Positions 30,107 to 40,738 are shown, counted from the whole stretch's first letter. The stretch is 63,191 nucleotides of DNA, filler included, from Coriobacteriales bacterium (GCA_031263105.1; 6 parts of 6 records of this genome joined end to end with filler, not necessarily neighbours in it), one strand, 5' to 3'. Notes: generated from the sequence alone by a model not told the origin. Numbers and translations are program-made.

Positions 30107-30400
30107 GAGACACCTCGCTTTTCTGGTGCTGCCCCATTGCGGTCAGGCAATGTTGATGAATGCCAGTATATACAATAATCGGCAGCTTTGCTGCATTTCA
30201 CTCATATGGTGTGACGGTCATGCGGGGTGCCCATTCGTTCAAGGTTCTCCTGTGGGCAGCGGAGGTTAGTCCAGATGGAGCATCGTGCCGCCTTCATCCG
30301 GGAGAAGGATGCAGTACAATAAAGGCCATCCTATAAGGCACGAAAACACATGAGCATAGGCGGGGAGGGGCAGGCGACGGTGCGTGAGGGGAGCAGGGCG

Positions 30401-30910
30401 ATGGGCAGAATGCTGATTCTCCATGACCTGGGGCAGGGCGAGGTCGAGCGCCTCCTGCCCCAAGACCCGGCACGCTGCTCGCTCTTCGCGGCGACGCCTC
30501 CGGTACGGCACTGCGTGGGCTGCTTCCGCTGCTGGCTGAAGACGCCGGGAACCTGCGTGATAGACGACCGGGGCGCCACCTTCGTCGGGCTCATGGCGAC
30601 GCACGACGAGGTCGTCTTCCTGAGCCGTCTGGTCTTCGGCGGGCTCTCCCCCGACGTTAAGGCCGTCCTCGACCGCAGCATAGGCTTCGTGCTGCCGTTC
30701 TTCCGCACGCTGAACGCCGAGATGCATCACGTGCAACGCTTCGACACGTCCCCTGCTTTCCGCTACGTGCTGTACGGCCCCGACATGACGGAGCAGGAGA
30801 AGGGGACGGCACGGAGGCTTGCGGCGGCCAACGCGCTGAACCTGGGGTCAGGGCGCTGCTCCGTCTCCTTCTTCCCTTCGGCCCGGGAAGCTGCGGAGGC
30901 ATTGGCATGA
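30401..30910 (+). CDS. Flavodoxin-like/FMN reductase family protein with a Cys motif
   Basis: CVGCFRCWLKTPGTCVIDD motif. Confidence 0.75.
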   Translation: MGRMLILHDLGQGEVERLLPQDPARCSLFAATPPVRHCVGCFRCWLKTPGTCVIDDRGATFVGLMATHDEVVFLSRLVFGGLSPDVKAVLDRSIGFVLPFFRTLNAEMHHVQRFDTSPAFRYVLYGPDMTEQEKGTARRLAAANALNLGSGRCSVSFFPSAREAAEALA

Positions 30911-31533
30911 AGGTCGCCCTCGTGAACGGCAGCCCCAAACGGCAGGGAAGCGCCAGCGGGATACTCGTTGCGGCCCTGCAGGACAGGCTGGGGCCGACCG
31001 CCGAGTGCGTCGTCTGCCATGCGGCGACGCAGGGGCGCGACGAGGCCTTGGCGGCGTTCGCCGGTTGCGGCGCTCTAGTGTTCGTCTTCCCGCTGTATGT
31101 GGACGGCATCCCGTCTCACCTGTTGCGGCTGCTGGACGAGATGCAGGGCGCAATCGTGGGCGTCGCGCCCGATGCGACGGTGTGCTGCGTCGTGAACAAC
31201 GGCTTTTACGAGGCGCATCAGAACAAGGTCGCCTTGGAGATGATGGGCAGTTTCTGCGTCCGCTCCGGGCTGCGCTGGGGGCAGGGCCTGGGAGTCGGCG
31301 CCGGGGGCATGATCGCTGCCGCTCCCATCGGACGCGGGCCGCTGAAGGGCCTCGGCAGGGCGCTCGACGAGCTTGCCGGGAACATTCTTGCCAGCAGGGC
31401 CGCAGATGACCGCTTCGTCGGGCCCGGCTTCCCCCGCTTCCTGTACCAGGCTGTCGCACATCAGAGCTGGCGGCTTGAGGCGAGACAAAACGGCCTGAAG
31501 GCCCGACAGCTCTACGACAGGCCGCAGGGCTGA
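30907..31533 (+). CDS. Flavodoxin-like protein
   Basis: VNGSPK, FPLYVDGIPS and NNGFYE motifs. Confidence 0.75.
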   Translation: MKVALVNGSPKRQGSASGILVAALQDRLGPTAECVVCHAATQGRDEALAAFAGCGALVFVFPLYVDGIPSHLLRLLDEMQGAIVGVAPDATVCCVVNNGFYEAHQNKVALEMMGSFCVRSGLRWGQGLGVGAGGMIAAAPIGRGPLKGLGRALDELAGNILASRAADDRFVGPGFPRFLYQAVAHQSWRLEARQNGLKARQLYDRPQG

Positions 31534-31617
31534 GCCCACAGCTGCGACCCCCCTTGCTTCCTCGATCGGGAGGCCCCGCGATGGCCCCGCGATAGCCCCA
31601 ATAGAGAGGGTGTGGGG

Positions 31618-31656
31618 TTGACCCGTCCGTTCTTCAGTTGTATACTCAGTATACAA
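31618..31656 (+). promoter_or_regulatory. Sigma70-type promoter overlapped by a perfect palindrome (probable MarR operator)
   Basis: TTGACC-17 bp-TATACT; TTGTATACT-C-AGTATACAA at 31638-31656. Confidence 0.7.
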
Positions 31657-31683
31657 TGAAGGCAGGACAGAGGTGAGGGCCCC

Positions 31684-32166
31684 ATGCCCACGGACAGGGA
31701 CACAGACAGGGAGCACGCGGAGCAGCGGGTCATCGTCGGCACCATCGAACTGATAGAGAAGGTCGCGAACAACAGGGTCGAGTACGTCACGCTCGACGAC
31801 GGGCAGCGTTTCTATCGTGCCGAGAGCCATGTCCTTGCGGTCATAGGGGAGGAGCCCGGCATATTCGGCTCTGAGATAGCCCGGAGGTTCCACGTCACGC
31901 GTGCGGCCGTCCAAAAGACCTTGGGACGCCTTGAGGAGAGAGGGCTGCTGCGAAAGGAGACGGATTCCCTCGACAAGAAGCGGATCGGGCTCTTTCTCAC
32001 AGCGGACGGGCACCGCATCCTCGAGCTGTTGGTGCGTCATCAGATGAGGGTCAATGCGGGGTTCTTCGATGCCGTGTCATCCATGACGGCGGAGGAGCTG
32101 GGGGCCGTGGGGCGGTTCCTGTCCATGGCCCACGACGTGCTGGACGGCATGCAGGAGACACGGTAG
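31684..32166 (+). CDS. MarR-family regulator
   Basis: SEIARRFHVTRAAVQKTLGRLEERGLL motif. Confidence 0.88.
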   Translation: MPTDRDTDREHAEQRVIVGTIELIEKVANNRVEYVTLDDGQRFYRAESHVLAVIGEEPGIFGSEIARRFHVTRAAVQKTLGRLEERGLLRKETDSLDKKRIGLFLTADGHRILELLVRHQMRVNAGFFDAVSSMTAEELGAVGRFLSMAHDVLDGMQETR

Positions 32167-32245
32167 GGGCACTGCCGCCCGCTGACCAAGCGGGCGTTTT
32201 TTATGACATTGAGTTAGGTATATCAAACTTTAGGAGGAACGAGAC

Positions 32246-32860
32246 ATGGCTGCCAAGGAAACCGAAGGACATGCCGCAAAGGCCCGTACCAGGAAGTCGC
32301 GTGCGCTGGTGTCCGCCGGGGTGTTCATCGCGCTGTACTTTGTGGTGTTCATGGTCTTCGGCGTGCTCTGTATGCCGGTGCCCGTCCTCTATCTCGTCAT
32401 GCCGGGCCTGATAGCCTTGTTCGCCGCGCCGATATACCGGATGCTTGTGGCCAAGGCCCCGATGCACGGCCCCGTCCTCATCGCCGCCCTGTTGCCTGCC
32501 CTGTTCCTGATGCTGCAGGGCAACATCTGGATCGTGGGGCTCACGGCCGTCGTTGCGGGGGTGTCGGCGGAGGTCGTCTTGGGGATCGTCAGGTTCAAGG
32601 GCAAGGCGGGCACGATGGCGAGCTACCTGTTGTTCACGCAGAACCTGTGGGGCGGTTTTCTCCCTATATGGATCATGCGCGACTTCTTTTTCGAGAAGAG
32701 TGCCGGCATGGGCGGCGAGTTCGTGGAGGTCCTCATGGCCCTTACGCCCACGTGGGTGCTTTTCGCGCAGCTGGGCCTTGTGGCGGTCTGTGCGTTCGTC
32801 GGCTTCGTCTTGGCCGGAAGGCTCTTCAAGAAGCACTTTGAGAAGGCCGGGGTCGTATGA
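32246..32860 (+). CDS. MptD-like ECF S component
   Basis: Hydrophobic protein ending KKHFEKAGVV. Confidence 0.82.
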   Translation: MAAKETEGHAAKARTRKSRALVSAGVFIALYFVVFMVFGVLCMPVPVLYLVMPGLIALFAAPIYRMLVAKAPMHGPVLIAALLPALFLMLQGNIWIVGLTAVVAGVSAEVVLGIVRFKGKAGTMASYLLFTQNLWGGFLPIWIMRDFFFEKSAGMGGEFVEVLMALTPTWVLFAQLGLVAVCAFVGFVLAGRLFKKHFEKAGVV

Positions 32861-33564
32861 GGCGTGGGCGCAGGGGGCCTTCGCCGAGGGGCGCCTGTGT
32901 CCATTTCGACCTACGGACAAAGGCCGTCGTCCTCGTGGCCGTCAACGTGCTGCTCTTTCTCAGCACGTCCCTCGCCCTCGAAGGGCTGCTGACGGGAAGC
33001 TGCCTTGTGATGGTCGCTCTCGGGGGGCGTCGGAGAAGCGCACTGCGCTTCCTGCTGTTCTTCCTTCTGATGCTGCTGATCGAGCTCGTCGCCATGCCCT
33101 ATCTGGGCGGGTTCGCAGGCTCGCTCGTCCTGTTCGTCGCCGTGTCGGTGCGCAAGGTCCTTCCGTGCCTGATCGTCGGCAAGTGGATACTCGACAGCAC
33201 CGAGGTCAGCGAGTTCGTGGCGACCCTGTGGAAGCTGCGCCTTTCGCAGAGCGTCATCATCCCCGTCTCGGTGGTGTTTCGCTACTTCCCCACGCTGAAG
33301 GAGGAATGGCGGTCGCTCCGTATGGCGATGAGGATGCGCGGGATCGGGATGTCGATGGAGCACGTCATGGTTCCGCTGATGGTCTCGGCTGCGAGCATCA
33401 GCGAGGAGCTGTCTGCCGCTGCGCTGTGCAGGGGGCTGGACAGGCCGGACGGCCACAGCTGCCTGCGGCAGGTCAGGCTCGCATTGCCCGATTACCTGGC
33501 GATGGGCTACGTCCTGCTTATGGCGGCATGCGCAATGGCGCTCAAGGCGGGCGGTCTCCTTTGA
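32857..33564 (+). CDS. ECF transporter T component
   Basis: DLRTK, FRYFPTL..E, AMRMRG and AALCRG motifs. Confidence 0.85.
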   Translation: MRRGRRGPSPRGACVHFDLRTKAVVLVAVNVLLFLSTSLALEGLLTGSCLVMVALGGRRRSALRFLLFFLLMLLIELVAMPYLGGFAGSLVLFVAVSVRKVLPCLIVGKWILDSTEVSEFVATLWKLRLSQSVIIPVSVVFRYFPTLKEEWRSLRMAMRMRGIGMSMEHVMVPLMVSAASISEELSAAALCRGLDRPDGHSCLRQVRLALPDYLAMGYVLLMAACAMALKAGGLL

Positions 33565-35048
33565 TCGCACTGAGGGACGTGACCTACACCTATGAGGGGC
33601 AAGGCGTCCCCAGCCTCTCCCATCTGAGCCTGCACATCGACAGGGGCGAATGCGTGCTGCTCTGCGGCAAAAGCGGATGCGGCAAGACGACGGTCACCCG
33701 GCTGCTCAACGGGACGATTCCCGGCTTCTTTGACGGGAGGCTGGAGGGCGAGGTCCTCCTTGGGGGCAAGGACGTCACGGGGCAGGCCATGTACCGGATC
33801 GCGGAGCAGGTGGGTTCCGTTTTCCAGAACCCGCGCACACAGTTCTACACCACGAATACCACCAGCGAGATCGCCTTCGGGTGCGAGAACAGGGGCCTGC
33901 CGCCGGAGGAGATACGGAGGCGGGTCGAGGCCGTGTCCCGTGAGATGGGCATAGGTCGGCTGCTGGACAGGAGCATATTCCAGCTTTCCGGCGGGGAGAA
34001 GCAGATCGTCGCCCTTGCCAGCGTCTGTGCCATGGGGCCGGACGTGTATGTGCTGGACGAGCCGTCGTCCAACTTGGATTCGGCGTCCATACGCAAGGTA
34101 GGGGAGGCCCTTCGGATGCTCAAGGCCCAGGGCAAGACCATCGTGGTCGCCGAGCATCGCATATTCTATCTCCGTGGCCTGGTCGACCGGGCGCTCTATC
34201 TGGAAGAGGGGCGTCTTATGAGGGACTATACCATGGAGGAGCTTTTGGCCTTCGACGAGGGCGAGCGGATGAGGACCGGCATACGGGGCATGGTCGCGGC
34301 AGGGAGCAGCGGCCCCGTCCTTCCTCGGCAGCGCCTGTCTCCCTGTCTCCCCGTCCCTCCTCCGTCCCGTTTGCCCCCTGCCCGCCCCCCTGCCCCAGCG
34401 GCCTCGGCCCCGTCGATGGAGATGCGCGACATCGAGTGCCGCTATGGGAGGACGCCCGTGCTCGACATTGCGCACCTCGAGCTGTCCGCCGACGAGGTCA
34501 CGGCCATGACCGGCGAGAACGGCGCGGGGAAGTCCACCTTTGCGACCGCCCTCTGCGGGCTGCTGAGAAGGCAGAAGGGCGCGTACTCCTTCTCCGGCAC
34601 GCCTCTTGCCGCCAGGCAGCGGATCCGCGAAAGCTATATGGTCCTCCAGGAGGTCAACCACCAGCTTTTCGCGGACAGCGTCCGAAGGGAGGTGACGTTG
34701 GGCGCAACCGGCACCGGCGGGCGCAGCCTACAGGACATCCTGCAAGGGCTCGACCTTGAGGGCCTGGAGGAGCGCCACCCCCTGACGCTCTCGGGAGGCC
34801 AGAAACAGCGGGTCGCCATCGCCGCCGCCCTGTTCTGTGGGAAACGGGTGATGGTCTTCGACGAGCCGACCAGCGGGCTCGACTATACGCACATGGTGCA
34901 GATGGGGCAGCTGTTGAAGCGACTGAAGGACGAGGGCTGCCTCCTGCTGGTGATAACCCACGACCACGAGTTCGTGGCCCGATGCTGCGACCGCGTGCTC
35001 CGCATGGCGGACGGGGGAGTGGCGGAGAGCTTCCGCCCCGTCGTTTAA
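33561..35048 (+). CDS. ECF transporter ATPase with two ABC domains
   Basis: GKSGCGKTT and GENGAGKST Walker A motifs, two LSGG signatures; TTG start inferred. Confidence 0.9.
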   Translation: MIALRDVTYTYEGQGVPSLSHLSLHIDRGECVLLCGKSGCGKTTVTRLLNGTIPGFFDGRLEGEVLLGGKDVTGQAMYRIAEQVGSVFQNPRTQFYTTNTTSEIAFGCENRGLPPEEIRRRVEAVSREMGIGRLLDRSIFQLSGGEKQIVALASVCAMGPDVYVLDEPSSNLDSASIRKVGEALRMLKAQGKTIVVAEHRIFYLRGLVDRALYLEEGRLMRDYTMEELLAFDEGERMRTGIRGMVAAGSSGPVLPRQRLSPCLPVPPPSRLPPARPPAPAASAPSMEMRDIECRYGRTPVLDIAHLELSADEVTAMTGENGAGKSTFATALCGLLRRQKGAYSFSGTPLAARQRIRESYMVLQEVNHQLFADSVRREVTLGATGTGGRSLQDILQGLDLEGLEERHPLTLSGGQKQRVAIAAALFCGKRVMVFDEPTSGLDYTHMVQMGQLLKRLKDEGCLLLVITHDHEFVARCCDRVLRMADGGVAESFRPVV

Positions 35049-35171
35049 GCTCTGTTTACATTCGGGCGCTACAATGGCTGAGAGAGCGCCGAGCGCATGC
35101 CTGAGCCCCGGACGGCGGCGGCGGGCATCGGCGTGCGGCGGCGGAGAGGCATCCTCCAGGAGGTGTGCGCC

Positions 35172-35849
35172 ATGGGCAAGGTCATGGTCGTGGACGACGA
35201 CCCGAACATCCGCGAGCTCGTCTGCGCGGTGCTGAGAAACGGCGGCTTCGACGCCTGCGAGGCCGCCTGCGGCCGCGACGCGCTTTGCGTCATCGTGGAG
35301 GAGGGCCCCGACCTCGCCGTCATCGACCTGATGATGCCGAGCATGGACGGCTACGAGCTCTGCCGCAACCTGCGCAGGTACCACGAGGACCTGCCGGTGC
35401 TGATGCTGACGGCGAAGGGCGAGCTGCCCGCGAAGGTCAAAGGCTTCGAGGCGGGCGCGGACGACTACCTGACCAAGCCCTTCGAGGCCGACGAGCTGCT
35501 CGCGCGCGTGAGGGCCCTTCTGCGACGCTACAAGATCGAGGCCTCGCAGGTCGTGCAGGTCGGCGCGGTGACGGTCGACCGCAACAGCCGCACCGTGAGC
35601 GTCGGCGGCGCAAGGGAGGACATACCGCGCAAGGAGTTCGAGCTGCTCTTCAAGCTGGCGGGCTTCCCGGGCAGGACCTTCTTGCGCGAACGGTTGATCG
35701 AGGACGTCTGGGGCTATGACTTCGACGGCAACGAGCGGACGCTCGACGTGCCTGTCGGGCGGCTGCGGGAGCGCTTCCCTGTCGATGCCTGCGGGTTCAG
35801 GATCGTCACCGTGCGCGGGCTCGGCTATCGTTTGGAGGTGCTCCCGTGA
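35172..35849 (+). CDS. OmpR-family response regulator
   Basis: VVDDD, DLMMP and GADDYLTKPF motifs; C-terminal TVRGLGYR. Confidence 0.93.
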   Translation: MGKVMVVDDDPNIRELVCAVLRNGGFDACEAACGRDALCVIVEEGPDLAVIDLMMPSMDGYELCRNLRRYHEDLPVLMLTAKGELPAKVKGFEAGADDYLTKPFEADELLARVRALLRRYKIEASQVVQVGAVTVDRNSRTVSVGGAREDIPRKEFELLFKLAGFPGRTFLRERLIEDVWGYDFDGNERTLDVPVGRLRERFPVDACGFRIVTVRGLGYRLEVLP

Positions 35850-37039
35850 GCTGGCGGGGCGACGAGGGCAAGGGGGCAGGTGGCGGGCTTGATCGCAGGC
35901 GCAATGGCGACAGCGGGCCGGGCCGTCGGCAGGGCGGGGACGGCAGCGGGCCGGGCCGTCGGCAGGGCGGGGACGCCGACATGCCTGACGGTCGCAGGCG
36001 CGGCGGCATGGTGCCGTTCAAGAGGGTGTTCGGCCCTCTTGTGTTCCTGCTCATGTTCAGCCTCGCCCAGTTTGCGGGATACTCCGTGGCGGGACTCGTG
36101 TTCCACCTCACGGGAAGGCCGCCGGACGCCCTCGCGCATATCCTGTCCGCGCTGCTCGGCGTGCTGCTGCTCGCAGTGCCCGTCGTTTTGGCGAACCTGC
36201 TCTCATGGCGCGACAGGCAGCAGATGCACGACACCGTCACCCGTCGTCTCACGGACGCCCTCGCGCAGATCGCGCAGGGCAATTTCAACGTGCTGATCGA
36301 CACGGACGACGCCTACGTGCATCCCGGGCTGGCGACGGCCATCAACGACATGGCGCAGAACCTCGGCAACCTCGAGACCATGCGGCAGGACTTCATCTCG
36401 AACGTCTCGCACGAGATACAGTCCCCGTTGACGAGCATCGGCGGCTTTGCGGAACTGCTCCAGGACCCGGATGTGCCGACGGGGGAGCGCCTGCATTACG
36501 CAGGGATCATCCGCGCCGAGAGCAGGCGGCTGTCGAGCCTGAGCGACAACCTCTTAAAACTGTCGTCGCTTGACGACGCCCCGCTCTCCACGACCGAGTT
36601 CAGGCTCGACAGGCAGCTGCAGGGCGTCGTGCTGATGTTGGAGCCGCAGTGGTCGGCGAAGGACCTGACCGTCGAGGCGCACCTGCAAAAGTGCCTCGTC
36701 AGCGGCGACAAGGACCTGCTGTCGCAGGTATGGGGGAACCTTCTGCACAATGCGATCAAGTTCACGCCGGTGGGCGGGATCCTCCGCGTCTCGCTCGACG
36801 AGGATGCCGTGAGGATCGCCGATACCGGCACCGGCATACCGAAGGAGGGCCTGCCGCATGTCTTCGAGCGCTTCTACAAGGCCGACAAGGCCCGCGACCG
36901 CTCCCTCGGCGGCAACGGCCTGGGCCTGTCGCTCGTCAAGAAGATCGTGGAGCTCCACGACGGGCGCGTGTCGGTCGAGAGCGAGCTTGGCAAAGGCACG
37001 GCGTTCGAGGTCTTCCTCCCCAGTTTGCGCTCCGTTTAA
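35846..37039 (+). CDS. HAMP-domain sensor histidine kinase
   Basis: SHEIQSPL, NAIKFT, DTGTGI, FERFYK and GLGLS motifs. Confidence 0.93.
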   Translation: MSWRGDEGKGAGGGLDRRRNGDSGPGRRQGGDGSGPGRRQGGDADMPDGRRRGGMVPFKRVFGPLVFLLMFSLAQFAGYSVAGLVFHLTGRPPDALAHILSALLGVLLLAVPVVLANLLSWRDRQQMHDTVTRRLTDALAQIAQGNFNVLIDTDDAYVHPGLATAINDMAQNLGNLETMRQDFISNVSHEIQSPLTSIGGFAELLQDPDVPTGERLHYAGIIRAESRRLSSLSDNLLKLSSLDDAPLSTTEFRLDRQLQGVVLMLEPQWSAKDLTVEAHLQKCLVSGDKDLLSQVWGNLLHNAIKFTPVGGILRVSLDEDAVRIADTGTGIPKEGLPHVFERFYKADKARDRSLGGNGLGLSLVKKIVELHDGRVSVESELGKGTAFEVFLPSLRSV

Positions 37040-37166
37040 GTTGACGTTACGTTCCGTTTAAGGCACGGCGGTATGCTGATGCCCTCAGACGGAATGTGGG
37101 ACAAGGGTGCGGGCGGGGACAGCAGCCCCGTCCTCCTGTCCCCCCAACGAAACGGAGGTCACATCC

Positions 37167-37961
37167 ATGAGCAAGGTCATCGAGGTCAACAACCTCGTCA
37201 AGCGTTACAAGGGCGCAAAGGAGCCGTCGGTCGACGACATCAGCTTCTCGGTCGAACGCGGCGAGTTCTTCGCCTTCCTCGGGCCGAACGGCGCAGGCAA
37301 GACCACGACCATCTCCATCCTCACCACGACGCTCTCCAAGACGGGCGGCGAGGTGAGGATCGCAGGGTTCGACGTGGCGAAGGAGGCACGTCAGGTGCGC
37401 GAGAGGGTCGGCATCATCTTCCAGCAGCCGAGCCTCGACCCCAACCTCACGGCGGAGGAGAACATCCGCTTCCACGCCTGCCTCTACGGCATGTGCGGCT
37501 ACCGCCCGACGTTCAAGCTCATGCCCGGCGCGTACCGCAGGAAGGTCATGGAGCTCGCGGAGGTGGTCGGCATCTCGGACGCGTTGTTCCGGCCGATCAA
37601 GAAGCTCTCGGGCGGCATGCAGCGCAAGCTGGAGATAATCCGCAGCCTTATCCACACGCCCGACGTGCTGTTCTTGGACGAGCCCACGCAGGGCCTCGAC
37701 GCGGTGAGCCGCCGCAGCCTGTGGGAGTACATCGACGAGACGCGCAGGCGCTACGGCACGACGGTCTTCCTTACCACGCACTACATCGACGAGGCCGAGA
37801 AGGTCGATACGGTCTGCATCATCAACCACGGCAGGATCGCGGTCTGCGCCTCGCCGGAGGAGATGAGGCGTGCCGTCGACTTCGACCCGGCCCCCAGGGT
37901 CTGCCTGCCGTCGTTGGAGGACGCATACGTCGGGTTCCTGGAGAGAGGGGCGGCGGCATGA
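37167..37961 (+). CDS. ABC-2 type exporter ATP-binding protein
   Basis: GPNGAGKTT, LSGGMQ and TTHYIDEAE motifs. Confidence 0.92.
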   Translation: MSKVIEVNNLVKRYKGAKEPSVDDISFSVERGEFFAFLGPNGAGKTTTISILTTTLSKTGGEVRIAGFDVAKEARQVRERVGIIFQQPSLDPNLTAEENIRFHACLYGMCGYRPTFKLMPGAYRRKVMELAEVVGISDALFRPIKKLSGGMQRKLEIIRSLIHTPDVLFLDEPTQGLDAVSRRSLWEYIDETRRRYGTTVFLTTHYIDEAEKVDTVCIINHGRIAVCASPEEMRRAVDFDPAPRVCLPSLEDAYVGFLERGAAA

Positions 37962-38821
37962 GCGGGATGGGCGGAAGGGGCGGGATGCTCGGGATGGGCG
38001 GGATGGGCGAGGCGACGTTGGAGCGGAGGCGCTCACGGGCCTTCCGGGAGCTGAACACCACGCTGACCGTCATGGCGCGTGAGATCACGCTGCTGCTCAA
38101 ATCACCGAGCACCCTGGTCGTGAGCCTTGCCATGCCGATCATGATGATGGGCATGATAGGCGGGAACCTCATGCAGAACATGGCCGGCGGCCTGGGCTTC
38201 GACTTCGGCGGCTTCATGCTCGTGGGGATGCTCGTCAACATGCTGTTCATGATGGTGTCGATGAACATGACCTCGCTCGTCGAGGATCGCGAGACGGACT
38301 TCAACCAGGAGATGCTCGTGTCTCCCGTGTCGCGCTACTCGCTCGTGGTCGGCAAGATACTGGGCGCGACCTTCGGCGCTATCCTGAGCATGGTGGGAAC
38401 GCTGCTCGTCGGCTTGCTCATGGGCATCACGCTTCCAGTTGGGAAGCTGCTTCTGGTACTCGCGCTGTCGCCGCTGTTCTGCCTGTCGGGCGGCGCGCTC
38501 GCGATGATGCTCATCGGGCTCATCAAAAGCAAGAAGGCCGCGAACATGGCCGTCATGCTCATAACGATGCCGCAGATGTTCCTCTCCGGCGCGATCATCC
38601 CCATCAACAACTCCGACGGCGTCCTGATGGTGCTCTCGCGCCTCATGCCGATGACCTACTGCCTCGACCTGGCGCGTGCCGCCGTCAACGCCGGAACCCC
38701 CGAGTACGAAAGCGTCGTGATGTTCGACCCCGTGGTGAACTTCGCCGCGATTGCCGCCCTGACCCTTGCATGCCTGGTCGCCGGCACCTACTTCTACGCA
38801 CAGAGCGGAAAGAACCGGTAG
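37958..38821 (+). CDS. ABC-2 type exporter permease
   Basis: EMLVSPVSR, FLSGAIIPI and PMTY motifs. Confidence 0.88.
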   Translation: MSGMGGRGGMLGMGGMGEATLERRRSRAFRELNTTLTVMAREITLLLKSPSTLVVSLAMPIMMMGMIGGNLMQNMAGGLGFDFGGFMLVGMLVNMLFMMVSMNMTSLVEDRETDFNQEMLVSPVSRYSLVVGKILGATFGAILSMVGTLLVGLLMGITLPVGKLLLVLALSPLFCLSGGALAMMLIGLIKSKKAANMAVMLITMPQMFLSGAIIPINNSDGVLMVLSRLMPMTYCLDLARAAVNAGTPEYESVVMFDPVVNFAAIAALTLACLVAGTYFYAQSGKNR

Positions 38822-38864
38822 GATGAGATATGAAAGAGAGAACTGGGGCGGATATCGAGAGTCG

Positions 38865-39962
38865 TCAGGCGCCTTTGCCGCAGCGCTCCGCGAGCAGGGT
38901 CTTCAGCATCGGCATATCGAAGGCGACGAGGCCCCTGCCGGCGTCATGGAGGACCCCTCGGTCGATGAGCCGCCGTTTGTAGTGGCTGGCGGATGACGGA
39001 GTGACGCCCATCCGCTCCGCAATATCCGCGACCCTGCTTGTGTCGCCGTCGGGCAGCATTGCGTGCAGGAAGCGCTTCTCGGTAGGGGTCAGTTCCTGAA
39101 GCGAGGCATCGAGCACCATGTGCTCCATGTCCTGCTTCGCATCCTTGATTCCTGCCTGCACGTCAACGAGGGAGACGGCCTTTCTCTGCGACTGGTTGAA
39201 TGCGTGGTATCCGACCAACTGGATGACAAAGGGCAGGCCCATGGTACTGTTCGCAGCCTCGTCCAATGCTTCCGAGCCTATGCTTCTCCCCGACAGCTCT
39301 ATGGTCTTTTTCATGGTGGCCCTGACCTCAGGCAGGGAGACAGGGTCAAGTTTGCGCAGGAACGCCCTCCTGACAAAAGAGATCGTCCTGTCTTGGAACA
39401 TCTGGAGAACCTCATGGGGAAGGCCCGCCATCAGCAAGGCGATGTTCCGCTTCTCTCGAACGAAGAACTGGAAGACGGAGACAAGGCCGATCATGTCCTC
39501 GACATCGGCCTTCACTTCGTCAACGGTTAAGAGCAGCCCTACGTCCTGCCCTTCGAGTACGTCGAGGTAGGAATCCATTTGCGTACGCCAGCCGAGTTCT
39601 CTTTCTGGGGGGAACTCCCTGGTTCCCCCTATCCCCGACACCTGCAGACCGGTGATTCTGCTCTTGCCCCTTTTCGGAAGGAAGTCTGCGGCTTTTCGCT
39701 CCAGCTGGTCTCTGATCTCGTCAAGCATGCCTGGTGCTGCAAGGGTATGGACGGCTATCCACCCCATCTCTTCTGCCAGGTCACCGATTCTGTTGAGGAG
39801 AACGGTCTTGCCGCTTCCGCGCGGCCCCGTGAACACCACCACCCTGTTGGGGTCTCCCGGGGCGTTCTCAAGGCTGCGAAGAACCTCTGAAATCAGGGTC
39901 CCCCTGCCGGCGAGGACGGGGGGCTCATTGCCAAAGACAGGGGTAAAGGGGTTGCGGTACAT
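38865..39962 (-). CDS. AAA-type ATP-binding protein with C-terminal winged helix
   Basis: NPFTPVFG, GPRGSGKT, TVDEV and PFVIQLVG motifs. Confidence 0.85.
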   Translation of the reverse strand: MYRNPFTPVFGNEPPVLAGRGTLISEVLRSLENAPGDPNRVVVFTGPRGSGKTVLLNRIGDLAEEMGWIAVHTLAAPGMLDEIRDQLERKAADFLPKRGKSRITGLQVSGIGGTREFPPERELGWRTQMDSYLDVLEGQDVGLLLTVDEVKADVEDMIGLVSVFQFFVREKRNIALLMAGLPHEVLQMFQDRTISFVRRAFLRKLDPVSLPEVRATMKKTIELSGRSIGSEALDEAANSTMGLPFVIQLVGYHAFNQSQRKAVSLVDVQAGIKDAKQDMEHMVLDASLQELTPTEKRFLHAMLPDGDTSRVADIAERMGVTPSSASHYKRRLIDRGVLHDAGRGLVAFDMPMLKTLLAERCGKGA

Positions 39963-40057
39963 GAGGCGGCTCCGTTTTCGCGTTCACGTTCATTCACGTT
40001 CATTCAACAGACTACGCTACCTGCACATCTTTAGCAAGTATTGCGAGTCTCCTGTGG

Positions 40058-40163
40058 AGACCTCGCGGCCGAAGAGCACCCACTGGTGGTTGACAGGGCC
40101 CCACATCGTTCGCGGGTAGAGGGCGAGCAGGTCGCGCTCCGTCTTGTCCGGCGTGTCCGAGGA
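40058..40163 (-). repeat. 106-bp duplicate of an internal 3' segment of nth
   Basis: Matches 41218-41323 with one mismatch. Confidence 0.9.
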
Positions 40164-40177
40164 CGCAGGGGTGGGTG

Positions 40178-40738
40178 TTACGCGAGCGCCTTTTCAACCT
40201 CATGCATGTAGGTAGACATGGCGTTGCTTGTGATAAAGAAGTCTTTGCCGTCGGATTCAGGTATCACCTCAAACGCCATAGCTTTATAGAAAGCTATGGC
40301 TGATTCCTTCGATTCCAAGCAAAGCAGCTCAGTTTCAGGGTAGTCTGCCAAAACTTGGCGGTACACGAAGTACAGGAGTATCCTGCCGTAGCCGTCGCCT
40401 TCACCACGAAAGTCGCGAGAGTATTTCTCGTCAACAGCAACCCACTCAAGTTTCACACAGGGTATGCTTTGCTCATTGAGCCATTGCGCCGACGTTTCTT
40501 TTGCATCTTCATTGAAGACAACACGATTAGCTATCGAGAAAAACCCAATGACATCATCATTCGTGCTGTCAAGAAGACAATACGTGTCAAACTTGCTGTT
40601 CGCCTTCTTCGCATCCTTAGAGAGCGCGTTGTAAAACTGCTTGTTCAGAAGGCTGTTCGCTGACTTGAAAGTGAGTATCTCGTCTCTGTTGAGCTTTCCG
40701 AGATGTGTGACATTCAATCGGTCGAGCCTTGGTCTCAT
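40178..40738 (-). CDS. GNAT-family acetyltransferase, toxin-like
   Basis: VIGFFSI, IPCVKLEWVAVD, GYGRILL and AIAFYKAMAF motifs; lower GC than flanks. Confidence 0.72.
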   Translation of the reverse strand: MRPRLDRLNVTHLGKLNRDEILTFKSANSLLNKQFYNALSKDAKKANSKFDTYCLLDSTNDDVIGFFSIANRVVFNEDAKETSAQWLNEQSIPCVKLEWVAVDEKYSRDFRGEGDGYGRILLYFVYRQVLADYPETELLCLESKESAIAFYKAMAFEVIPESDGKDFFITSNAMSTYMHEVEKALA

